Shown here piece after piece: positions 9,384 through 18,234 of a stretch of DNA of 64,000 nt. The translations under genes and the position numbers were made by a program. The notes under the pieces are model-generated. The model was not told the DNA's origin. It did not search any database and was given only the letters and a program-made list of their open reading frames with translations. The stretch's first letter is position 1, and each line of letters opens with the position of its first letter. This DNA comes from Deltaproteobacteria bacterium (GTDB taxonomy: Bacteria > Desulfobacterota > Dissulfuribacteria > Dissulfuribacterales > UBA3076), in assembly GCA_030262715.1 (NCBI GenBank), contig JAJSZR010000001.1, positions 2,188 to 66,187 of the forward strand. The letters run 5' to 3'.

Positions 9384-9758
9384 ATGACACACAAAGTTCA
9401 TAGAAAACAATGGACAATCCTGAGCCTGCTCTTGAGTTTATTACTTACGCTCAGCCTGTTTACTTTGCCTGGCTGCGGTCTTAGCAAAGAAGACAAGTCC
9501 ATAATAAAGCAGGGTATAAAGGCTGCCGAAGAGTCGAAAGCAGCAGCATCCAGGGCAGAAGCCGCTACCAAACGTTTAGAAGACGTGGCTTCCCGGCTGG
9601 AATCATCTGCACGAAAGGCTGAGGAGGCAGCGGCAGCGGCAACTACAGCAGCCGACCGGGCGGATGCAGCGACAAACAGGGCCATTGAAGCAGCCAGCCG
9701 TGCTGAGACTACGGCTAAAAAGACCGAAAGAATATTTGAAAAGAGCCTTCTCAAATAA
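9384..9758 (+). CDS. alanine-zipper outer-membrane lipoprotein, OprI/Lpp-like, ending in Lys
   Basis: AAGGAG RBS, signal peptide with lipobox LPGC, and an Ala/Glu/Arg-rich heptad region. The C-terminus ...TERIFEKSLLK ends in lysine, as in the OprI/Lpp tails. The mirror ORF 9398-9763 (-) is a GCN-repeat artefact. Confidence 0.7.
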   Translation: MTHKVHRKQWTILSLLLSLLLTLSLFTLPGCGLSKEDKSIIKQGIKAAEESKAAASRAEAATKRLEDVASRLESSARKAEEAAAAATTAADRADAATNRAIEAASRAETTAKKTERIFEKSLLK

Positions 9759-9790
9759 ATCAAGAGCCGCGGCCCTGTTTACTAAATTCT

Positions 9791-10726
9791 CTATTCTGTG
9801 TCTGCCTGTGCTACAGGCACCGGAATGCCGGTCTGTTCCCTGGTGGCCTTCTTAATTTTCTTAAGATCCACCTTAAGGGGTCCCAGGGCCTGTTCGCAGG
9901 CAGAAATACCACAAAAGGCTACTGCCAACGGGTCATCAATCTTTTTTTCATAGTCTTGATATACCTGTAACCAGCATTTGCCTTCTGCCCACCCAACCTT
10001 TATTGGTTCATAGATGATCCGGACCAGTGCTCCTACCGGCACCAGCGAAAATAAGGAGGCTATATCTTCAGAATAAAGTCTTATGCACCCATGACTAACC
10101 CGGCGCCCCACACCCCAGGGACGATTTGTGCCGTGAATACCATAAGAAAGTCTTGAAAAGCGCAAAATGTATTTTCCCAGAGGATTATCAGGTCCAGGAG
10201 GTACCTGTGGAGGTAACTCAGGATCTTCCTTCAGTACCGAGGGTGGTACAATCCATATTGGATCCTTGACCTTACTGAACACAGTGTAAATGCTCAGCTC
10301 TGTGGAGTAGCCCTCTCTACCAACACCTACAGGACATGTCCAAAAGCGGGATGGTCCCTCCTCGGCAGATTCGAAATAATACAGGCGCATCTCAGCAAGA
10401 TTTACTACTATTCCAGACGGCAGACGTCCCCTGGGCAAAACAAATACAGTGGGCACCAATACGCTGGCGCCTTCAGGGGGCATCCAGGGGTCCAAGTCCT
10501 GGTTTGCTGATACTATTTGGTTGTACCCCAGATCATGGTCCTTTGCTATGTCGAGCAGGGTTTGTTCTTGCCCTATCTTCACTGACCTCAGTATACCATA
10601 GACAGTTCGTCCCTCTTCAAGGTCAAAAACGTTGAGGGCATTAGCCTTTGGAACTGCCAGGATAATTATGAAAAAAATGAGGATTCTTATCAACAAAGCA
10701 GCTCTAAGCAGGGAAAAACTGAACAT
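9791..10726 (-). CDS. L,D-transpeptidase with N-terminal LysM domain (ErfK/YbiS/YcfS/YnhG family)
   Basis: Signal peptide, then a LysM-like segment (IGQEQTLLDIAKDHDLGYNQIVSANQDL). YkuD catalytic block YGIHGTN....SHGCIRL. Confidence 0.85.
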   Translation of the reverse strand: MFSFSLLRAALLIRILIFFIIILAVPKANALNVFDLEEGRTVYGILRSVKIGQEQTLLDIAKDHDLGYNQIVSANQDLDPWMPPEGASVLVPTVFVLPRGRLPSGIVVNLAEMRLYYFESAEEGPSRFWTCPVGVGREGYSTELSIYTVFSKVKDPIWIVPPSVLKEDPELPPQVPPGPDNPLGKYILRFSRLSYGIHGTNRPWGVGRRVSHGCIRLYSEDIASLFSLVPVGALVRIIYEPIKVGWAEGKCWLQVYQDYEKKIDDPLAVAFCGISACEQALGPLKVDLKKIKKATREQTGIPVPVAQADTE

Positions 10727-10912
10727 ACGTCTTTAGTAAGATCCTTGTGAGTCAGACGGGTTGGCAAAATTAAATTAAATATTGTATCATAAAATGTATT
10801 TTAGTGCATGTATCCTGCCTGGGAAAAGCTACGGCCTATCCAGCTTACGCGGCCAGAAGTAGACCGGGTGGAAAGAAATCTATGAGCTGTGACAAGAATA
10901 CTGGAGATTAAT

Positions 10913-12580
10913 ATGGAAAACTATTTTAAGAAAGCAGCAGTCAAAATATATGAGGACGCAAAAAAAGAAGGCCGGCTTATTGAAGCCCTCACCCTTGACA
11001 GACTTAAGGAGCTTGCTGCCAGACAGGAGGGGGTAATCCAGACACAAATAGGTTCGGTAGCAGCTGACTCTGAACCTATGTCCCGTTCAGCACCCCACAC
11101 TGCCAACAACATTGATCACCCCTTTGGGGAAGAAGAAGAGCAGTTGGCCCTCGAGGCAGTTGAGTATCTGGGCAGGGAACAAATAATATCACTGGATACC
11201 ATAGTAGGGGACGGGCGGGATGGAGTTACGGTCCGATTTTTAATTCCTGAAGTCTATGGCCAGCTCGCCTATGGTCTGAAGCTACTCCTGGACTATCCGG
11301 CTGCCAGGGTGGTGGAAGACCCCACTTACACCATTATTTTCTTTACAGACGAGGCATTTGAAAACAACAAGCACAAAAAGCTTATAGACAAAAATATTAC
11401 TATTCGCCTCTGGATGGGAGAGAAGAGGGGTGAGCAGGTAAAAATATGCAGAAACAGCCTATACGTTGGTGAAGGGAAAAAGGGTGTCTTCCAGTTTGAG
11501 GACTGGCGGGTAAAAACTATTGATAAAGCAGGCATCTTCCTGCACGCGGGCGCCAGGAGGGACAGGCTCTGGATATACGATCTTGAAACCGAAAGACCGG
11601 AGCTAAAGGAAGTGGTTGCGGGTGTCTCGGGCCTCACTGCCACTGGTAAGACAACAACACTTTGCAGAAAGTTCGCCAAGCTTCCCAGGGAGAGCTCTGA
11701 GATGATAGGCGACGATGGTGGTACTCTGGCCTTTGACGGGAGCTACTCGGCCTTTGAGATGGGAGGATTGTACGTAAAGACAGAGGGGTTGGATGAGAGC
11801 CAGCCTGAAATACTCCGTGCGGCAGACTCCCGTGATGCCTTCCTGGAAAATGTTGCCATTAGCAAATACCCGTATATTCCCGATTTCAAAGATATTTCTA
11901 AGACAGCAAACGGTCGGGCCGTTGTCACAAGAGAAAACCTTGAAATAGCAAGCCAGTCCTTAAGGGCGGACAAGCTGGATTATATAATCATCCTTACAAG
12001 AAATCCCATGATCAATGCCATTAACAGGTTGACTCCTGAGCAGGCCACCATGCAGTTTATCTACGGCGAATCTATTGAGAGCTCCGGAGGCAATCCAGAG
12101 GAGGCAGGTAAGTTCAAGCGAGTGTTCTTCCTTGATCCTTTTGTCTGTGGGAATCTGTTTGAGCATGCGATGATCTTCTATGACATTATCAAGAGAAACC
12201 GCATAAAGTGCTATCTGTCCAATACGGGTACAATAGGCACGGACGATACAAAGGTTACCCTGCGCCAGTCTCTTGGTATTTACAATGATCTCGCTCGCAT
12301 AGAGCTGCGCTTCAGCTCCGAACCGGATTTGTTGGGCTACCATTACCCGATAAAGTGCGACCGGGCCAACCTGGAATTCATGAATGCCCACTCTCTTTTT
12401 CCTGACGAGGAAATCCTCAAAAAAAAGATAAAGAATTTTCTCAGGGGAAGGACAAAATATCTTGAGGATTTTGAGGCCAGGTTCGGTGAAATCCCCGAAT
12501 ACATAAGGGAATCATTGCCCTATCGTGAAGATCACGTCTACAAAATAACTGAAGATCAAAGAATACTGGATTTTGAATAA
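10913..12580 (+). CDS. phosphoenolpyruvate carboxykinase (ATP)-like protein, divergent
   Basis: P-loop-like GLTATGKTT, IGDDGGTL (compare IGDDEHGW) and EMGGLYVK (compare EGGCYAK). The start is moved to ATG 10913, behind GGAG, rather than the GTG at 10889. Confidence 0.6.
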   Translation: MENYFKKAAVKIYEDAKKEGRLIEALTLDRLKELAARQEGVIQTQIGSVAADSEPMSRSAPHTANNIDHPFGEEEEQLALEAVEYLGREQIISLDTIVGDGRDGVTVRFLIPEVYGQLAYGLKLLLDYPAARVVEDPTYTIIFFTDEAFENNKHKKLIDKNITIRLWMGEKRGEQVKICRNSLYVGEGKKGVFQFEDWRVKTIDKAGIFLHAGARRDRLWIYDLETERPELKEVVAGVSGLTATGKTTTLCRKFAKLPRESSEMIGDDGGTLAFDGSYSAFEMGGLYVKTEGLDESQPEILRAADSRDAFLENVAISKYPYIPDFKDISKTANGRAVVTRENLEIASQSLRADKLDYIIILTRNPMINAINRLTPEQATMQFIYGESIESSGGNPEEAGKFKRVFFLDPFVCGNLFEHAMIFYDIIKRNRIKCYLSNTGTIGTDDTKVTLRQSLGIYNDLARIELRFSSEPDLLGYHYPIKCDRANLEFMNAHSLFPDEEILKKKIKNFLRGRTKYLEDFEARFGEIPEYIRESLPYREDHVYKITEDQRILDFE

Positions 12581-12636
12581 AGAGGGGACGCTTTTTTAGC
12601 ACCTCCGGGGTGTGTTCCCTGGTGACTTTGTAACTT

Positions 12637-12948
12637 ATGAGGCACAATCGCTGGAAGACAATAGATCAGGCCAGAAAGCTTCTCAAGCTTCCTGAACAGG
12701 TAACCAGAATAGAAATACTGGAGGCATACAGGCATTGCTGCAGAGACCTTCATCCAGACAGGAATCCCGACATAGACACGTCAGAAGAGATGGCCGGGCT
12801 AAACGCGGCCTACAGGATCCTGATGGAATATGCCGATGGGTATGAAATAAAGCTCAATCCAAATGAAGATGGCATGACCGAGGGAGAATGGTGGATGCAT
12901 CACTTCGGACAGGACCCTATCTGGACCGGAGACCATGAGGAAGAATAG
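12637..12948 (+). CDS. small J-domain (DnaJ-like) protein
   Basis: 103 aa. ILEAYRHCCRDLHPDRNP....LNAAYRILMEY carries the HPD tripeptide in a J-domain helix II/III context. Confidence 0.7.
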   Translation: MRHNRWKTIDQARKLLKLPEQVTRIEILEAYRHCCRDLHPDRNPDIDTSEEMAGLNAAYRILMEYADGYEIKLNPNEDGMTEGEWWMHHFGQDPIWTGDHEEE

Positions 12949-12950
12949 CT

Positions 12951-14168
12951 ATGGCTCTAATCGTGCAGAAGTACGGTGGTGCTTCAGTAGCTGACTGTGA
13001 TCTGATTAAAAGAGTTGCAGATCATGTGGTTGCCTGCAAAAAGCAGGGGGATGATGTGGTAGTAGTCCTCTCTGCCATGGCAGGGGAGACCGACCGGCTT
13101 ATTGACCTGGCAAGGCAAGTGCAACCAATGGCGGATCCCAGGGAACTAGACGTCTTGCTGGCCACCGGAGAGCAGATGACTATCTCGCTCTTTGCCATGG
13201 CAGTCAGAGAAAGAGGCTTTAAGGCCACGTCCTTTCTGGGTTATCAGGTCCCAATCGACACGGATTCAGCTTACGGGAAGGCCAGGATCCTGGACATATC
13301 TCCTGAAAGGCTCAATGCCGCCCTTAAATCAGGATGCATTCCTGTTGTGGCAGGATTTCAGGGAGTTACCCCTAGAGGTAATATCACCACGCTCGGAAGA
13401 GGCGGCTCAGATACAACCGCAGTGGCAGTGGCTGTGGTTCTTAATGCTGATATCTGCGAAATATATACAGATGTAGATGGAGTCTACACAACAAATCCCA
13501 ATATATGCCTGAATGCCAGGAAGATAGACAGAATTTCCTATGAAGAAATGATGGAAATGGCAAGCCTCGGTGCAGAGGTCCTTGAAATCCGATCAGTGGA
13601 ATTTGCCATGCGATACGGAATGCCCCTCCATGTAAGATCGAGCTTCACTTACAATACAGGGACCCATGTGGTTAAGGAGGATGAAACTATGGAACAGATA
13701 TTGGTTTCGGGTGTTACTTACAGCCGAAATGAAGCACGTATTACCATCACCAAGGTCCCTGACAGGCCCGGGATAGCTGCCAGCATATTTAATCCGATCT
13801 CAGATGCAAATATTGTGGTTGACATGATTATTCAGAACACAAGGGCCAGTGACCTCACTGACATGACCTTTACAATTCCACGTGGAAATTACGATCAGGC
13901 CATGGAGATAGTGAAGAAAGTGGCCAAAGAGATCGGGGCTGAGAAGGTGGCAGGAGACCAGGGCATTGCCAAGGTTTCTATAGTGGGAGTGGGTATGAGG
14001 AACCACGCAGGTGTGGCCAGCAAGATGTTTGATATCCTGGCCAGGCATGGAATTAATATCCTCATGATCAGCACATCTGAGATAAAGATATCCTGCGTCA
14101 TTGAGGAGAAATATACTGAATTGGCCATCCGCGCACTCCACGAGGAGTTTGGTCTGGACCATGAATAA
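12951..14168 (+). CDS. lysC: aspartate kinase
   Basis: Starts MALIVQKYGGASV. Has VVVLSAMAGETDRL, GRGGSDTTAVA and two C-terminal ACT-like segments. Confidence 0.92.
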   Translation: MALIVQKYGGASVADCDLIKRVADHVVACKKQGDDVVVVLSAMAGETDRLIDLARQVQPMADPRELDVLLATGEQMTISLFAMAVRERGFKATSFLGYQVPIDTDSAYGKARILDISPERLNAALKSGCIPVVAGFQGVTPRGNITTLGRGGSDTTAVAVAVVLNADICEIYTDVDGVYTTNPNICLNARKIDRISYEEMMEMASLGAEVLEIRSVEFAMRYGMPLHVRSSFTYNTGTHVVKEDETMEQILVSGVTYSRNEARITITKVPDRPGIAASIFNPISDANIVVDMIIQNTRASDLTDMTFTIPRGNYDQAMEIVKKVAKEIGAEKVAGDQGIAKVSIVGVGMRNHAGVASKMFDILARHGINILMISTSEIKISCVIEEKYTELAIRALHEEFGLDHE

Positions 14169-15753
14169 AAAAATCGAAATATATGACACAACCCTTCGGG
14201 ACGGGACTCAGGCCGAGGACTTTAATCTCTCTGTTGAGGATAAGGTCCGGATAACATTAAAACTTGACGATCTTGGCATAGATTACATTGAAGGGGGCTG
14301 GCCGGGGTCCAACCCTAAAGACGAGCAGTACTTTCGCGAGATTCAGAATTATTCTCTAAGCCACAGCAGGATAGCTGCCTTTGGCAGCACCCACCACGCC
14401 AAACATCATGCCCATGAAGATCAAAACCTCAGGGCGCTCGTGGCGGCCCGGACTCCAGTTATTATAATATTCGGAAAGACGTGGGAAATACATATAAAAG
14501 ATGTATTGAGGATCTCCCCGGAGAGGAACCTGGAACTGATAGAGGACTCCCTTTCCTGGCTGAGGCCCCAGGTCCGGACATTATTTTACGACGCTGAGCA
14601 CTTTTTTGACGGATACAAGACCGACCGGGACTATGCCCTTGAGACCCTGAGCAGGGCATTGGCCGGAGGGGCAGACTGTCTTGTACTGTGTGATACCAAT
14701 GGCGGGACCCTGCCCTATGAACTGACGGAGATAGTCCGGGACGTCCGGAAGGCACTGGGAGACGGAGTTCAACTGGGTGTCCACTGCCACAATGATGCCG
14801 AAGTTGCTGTAGCCAACTCCCTGTCGGCAGTCAGGGCCGGAGTAACACATATCCAGGGTACCATGAACGGTTTTGGTGAGAGGTGCGGAAATGCCAACCT
14901 CTGTTCCGTAATTCCGGGCCTTGTGCTCAAAATGGGGTATGAATGCACGGCAGGTAAAAATATCGAGAAGCTCACCAATGTATCCAGGTTTGTCAGTGAA
15001 ATCGCAAACCTGTCCCATAATAAGTACCAACCATATGTTGGAGAAAGTGCCTTTGCACACAAAGGGGGTATCCATGTCAGTGCTGTCCGGCGCAATCCCG
15101 AATCCTATGAACACATAAGGCCTGAACTTGTGGGAAATATTCAACGCATCCTGGTCTCAGATCTTTCCGGGAAGAGCAACATCCTTGCCAAGGCCAAGCA
15201 GTTTGGTCTTGACCTGGAGAGCCATGATCCTATTGTGCTCGACATTGTGACCCAGCTAAAGGAACTCGAAGCCCAAGGCTTCCAGTTTGAAGGTGCGGAG
15301 GCCTCCTTTGAGTTGCTCATGAGGAAGGCCCTTGGTACCCAACGCAAGTACTTCGATCTTCTTGCCTTCAGGGTCATAGACCAGAAGTTCAAAGACAATG
15401 AACCTACACAGGCAGAAGCTACTATTAAGGTGCGTGTAGGTGGCCATACAGAACACACCGCTGCAGTAGGGAATGGGCCGGTAAATGCCTTGGATAACGC
15501 TATAAGAAAGGCCCTTGAAAAATTCTACCCGCAGCTCAAGGAAATGATACTGCAGGACTACAAAGTAAGGGTGCTTCCCGGAAGTCCAGGGACAGAGGCC
15601 AAGGTGCGGGTATTGATAGAATCAAGGGATCAACATGAAAAGTGGGGAACGGTAGGGCTTTCCCACGACATCATTGAGGCCAGTTGGCAGGCCCTTGTGG
15701 ATGCTATCTGTTTTAAGCTACTCAAGTCAGAAAAAGAAAAGGCGCAGGGTTAG
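14161..15753 (+). CDS. cimA: (R)-citramalate synthase / 2-isopropylmalate synthase family
   Basis: Internal start MNKKIEIYDTTLRDGTQ at 14161 overlaps the lysC stop (ATGAATAA). HxH metal site GVHCHND and a C-terminal LeuA-dimer/regulatory domain. The length (530 aa) and context fit the Geobacter-type CimA. Confidence 0.8.
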   Translation: MNKKIEIYDTTLRDGTQAEDFNLSVEDKVRITLKLDDLGIDYIEGGWPGSNPKDEQYFREIQNYSLSHSRIAAFGSTHHAKHHAHEDQNLRALVAARTPVIIIFGKTWEIHIKDVLRISPERNLELIEDSLSWLRPQVRTLFYDAEHFFDGYKTDRDYALETLSRALAGGADCLVLCDTNGGTLPYELTEIVRDVRKALGDGVQLGVHCHNDAEVAVANSLSAVRAGVTHIQGTMNGFGERCGNANLCSVIPGLVLKMGYECTAGKNIEKLTNVSRFVSEIANLSHNKYQPYVGESAFAHKGGIHVSAVRRNPESYEHIRPELVGNIQRILVSDLSGKSNILAKAKQFGLDLESHDPIVLDIVTQLKELEAQGFQFEGAEASFELLMRKALGTQRKYFDLLAFRVIDQKFKDNEPTQAEATIKVRVGGHTEHTAAVGNGPVNALDNAIRKALEKFYPQLKEMILQDYKVRVLPGSPGTEAKVRVLIESRDQHEKWGTVGLSHDIIEASWQALVDAICFKLLKSEKEKAQG

Positions 15754-15908
15754 GTTTCTTTTGGACCTTAACATCATAATCGGCATAATCCTTACGGTCA
15801 TGGCTTTGAGTACCGTAGTTATACTGACGCTCTGGAGCCGGCGCATTATCGAACGGATCCATGCCCGCTCCCCGGGTTCTCTGAGAAAAATCCAAAAGGA
15901 TATTATCA

Positions 15909-18194
15909 ATGGCGACGGGGCCTGAAAAGGAAAGCAAGACCGAACACCATAAGATATCAACGGAGTTTTCCCGCAACCTTACCCTTCTTCAAATTACCAT
16001 GATGGGGGTAGGGATGATGATTGGGGCCGGGGTCTTTTTGGGCGTAGGTAATGCCATGAAGGTTGCCGGCCCCGGCGGGGTCATTCTCACCTTTGCCCTG
16101 AACGCGGTAATCGCCCTGTTTACAGCAATGTCCTATGCTGAATTGAGTTCAGCTATTCCAAAGGCCGGCGGAGCTTATAACTTTGCAAGGATTGCTTTTG
16201 GCCGTGGCACAAGTTTCATAGCAGGCTGGATGGAGTGGTTCGCATCTTCAGTGGCCGGAAGTCTTTACGCAGTTACCTTTGCTCTATATACAGTTCACTA
16301 TCTCACCCAGCTCGGCATTATTCAGGCCTCAGGCTTTCAGCTCATTTTGGTGGAAAAAGGTGCGGCCATACTTATTGCCGGTTTCTTTATCTATATCAAT
16401 TACCGCGGGGCCTCGGAAACAGGCACCATGGGCACCATATTCACTCTGGGACAGACTGTAAGCCTCGCATTCATTGCATTAGTGGGTATTGCCACTGCAA
16501 TAGCTGATCCTGCACGTTTAGCCAACTTCCAGCCCTTTCTACCAAATGGCTGGGACAAGCTCTTGATCACTATGGGATTTACGTATGTGGCCTTTGAAGG
16601 ATTCGAGGTTATTGCCCAGGCCGGGGATGAAGCTATTGAACCCAGGCGCAATCTGCCCAAGGCCATGATTTACTCTATTCTTATTGTCGTGTTTACATAT
16701 GTTGGGGTTGCTTTTGCTGCCATAGTTGGTGTGAAAGACATAGGGCAGCCCGCTTGGATATGGATCGGAAGCTATGGCGGAAAGGGTTTCGGCGAAGCAA
16801 TCTCGCAGCTTATGCCGTCTTACGGAAGCATCCTGGTCACTATTACAGTCATCTTCGCCTCTACCTCGGCACTGAACGCCACCATATACTCTGCCACTCG
16901 CGCCTCATATGCCCTCGGCCGGGACCGCATGTTACCAGGGGCCTTCTCCTGGCTACATCCGAAGAGGCGCACACCTTACATGGCCCTCTTGTTCACCGGT
17001 GGTATTGTGATCTCTGTTGCTAGCTTCCTGCCTACCATTGATGTTGCCTCAAGTGCCAGCATGATGTTTCTTTTCCTGTTTTTCCTGGTCAACTTTTGCG
17101 TAATTCGTGTTCGCCGGCAAATGGGGGATGAGATGACCTATGGCTTTGTTATGCCCTTATTCCCGATTCCGCCCATTGCGGCCATCCTCATCCAGGCTAC
17201 ATTGGCAGTGTGGCTGATCCACATGAGCCCCATTGCCTGGGTAGTTGGTCCCACCTGGGTAGTGTCAGGGATTGTAATATATCGCTTTTACTCCAAGCAA
17301 AGGGCCCGCCGGACTGAAGATGAGATCGTAGTGCTGAAAGAACAGCCTATCCCGTCAAAAGATGAATACAGGATACTGGTTTCCCTTGCAAATCCTGCCA
17401 ATGCAGTACCTCTTGCCCTGAACTGTTACAAATTCTGCCAGGCAAAAGGGGACCGTACCGAGATAGAGGTGATTAACATGGTGCCCGTACCATCTCAGGT
17501 GCCGTTGTCAGAGGCTTCCAAATATTCGCATGCAGGCGAGGAGGCAATAATAGAAGCCATGCTCTATCTGGCTCCCCGCTATAAATTTGGCAGCACCATG
17601 CGTTACTGCCGGAACGTCGCTCGGGGAATCATCTCGGCTGCTGCCCAGCACAAGGCCGACCTGCTCATCATGGGATGGCAGGGATACCGCAGGAAGGGAT
17701 TCTCCCTTGGAAGCACTGTTGATCCTGTGTTAGAGCGTGCGACGTGTAACGTCGCAGTTTTCAAAGACTGTAAACAACAAAAAAACATGAATGTCCTGGT
17801 CCCGTTTGCAGGCGGGCCGAATGCGACCTTTGCTTTAGAGACCGCCTCCATCATGGTAGAGCAGGATGGTGGACGGATCATAGTCTTTCACGTGGCCCCA
17901 CCAGGCAAACCGACCCAGGATATTGACGCCTTTCTGGACGAGATCGCGCCCCAACTGAAGGTGCCGCGTTCCCTCTTTGAATCCAAGTATGCCATCTCAC
18001 GCGAACGATTGAAAACCATTCTTGAAGAAACTAAGCATTATGACCTTGTAATCATCGGGGCCACCAGGGACCCCTTATTCAGGCAGAGGGTTATGGGATC
18101 TCTCCCTGAGATATTGGCAAGGCATTGTAAAAAGCCTCTTGTCATGGTTAAGGCCAAACATCATATCAGGTCTTTAATTAAGAGATGGATGTGA
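15909..18194 (+). CDS. APC-family amino-acid permease fused to C-terminal tandem universal-stress-protein (Usp) domains
   Basis: 761 aa. About 12 TM helices over the first 470 aa (MMIGAGVFLG...), then two Usp-like modules (ADLLIMGW...; YDLVIIGATRD). Confidence 0.8.
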   Translation: MATGPEKESKTEHHKISTEFSRNLTLLQITMMGVGMMIGAGVFLGVGNAMKVAGPGGVILTFALNAVIALFTAMSYAELSSAIPKAGGAYNFARIAFGRGTSFIAGWMEWFASSVAGSLYAVTFALYTVHYLTQLGIIQASGFQLILVEKGAAILIAGFFIYINYRGASETGTMGTIFTLGQTVSLAFIALVGIATAIADPARLANFQPFLPNGWDKLLITMGFTYVAFEGFEVIAQAGDEAIEPRRNLPKAMIYSILIVVFTYVGVAFAAIVGVKDIGQPAWIWIGSYGGKGFGEAISQLMPSYGSILVTITVIFASTSALNATIYSATRASYALGRDRMLPGAFSWLHPKRRTPYMALLFTGGIVISVASFLPTIDVASSASMMFLFLFFLVNFCVIRVRRQMGDEMTYGFVMPLFPIPPIAAILIQATLAVWLIHMSPIAWVVGPTWVVSGIVIYRFYSKQRARRTEDEIVVLKEQPIPSKDEYRILVSLANPANAVPLALNCYKFCQAKGDRTEIEVINMVPVPSQVPLSEASKYSHAGEEAIIEAMLYLAPRYKFGSTMRYCRNVARGIISAAAQHKADLLIMGWQGYRRKGFSLGSTVDPVLERATCNVAVFKDCKQQKNMNVLVPFAGGPNATFALETASIMVEQDGGRIIVFHVAPPGKPTQDIDAFLDEIAPQLKVPRSLFESKYAISRERLKTILEETKHYDLVIIGATRDPLFRQRVMGSLPEILARHCKKPLVMVKAKHHIRSLIKRWM

Positions 18195-18234
18195 TGTTAG
18201 GAAAGATTGCACGAGAAATAATTTCATCGGAATT

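Noticed and set aside
9398-9763. 121-aa minus-strand ORF mirroring the Ala-rich lipoprotein
   Set aside because: This is an antisense artefact of GCN-rich codons. The plus-strand frame has the RBS, signal peptide and lipobox.
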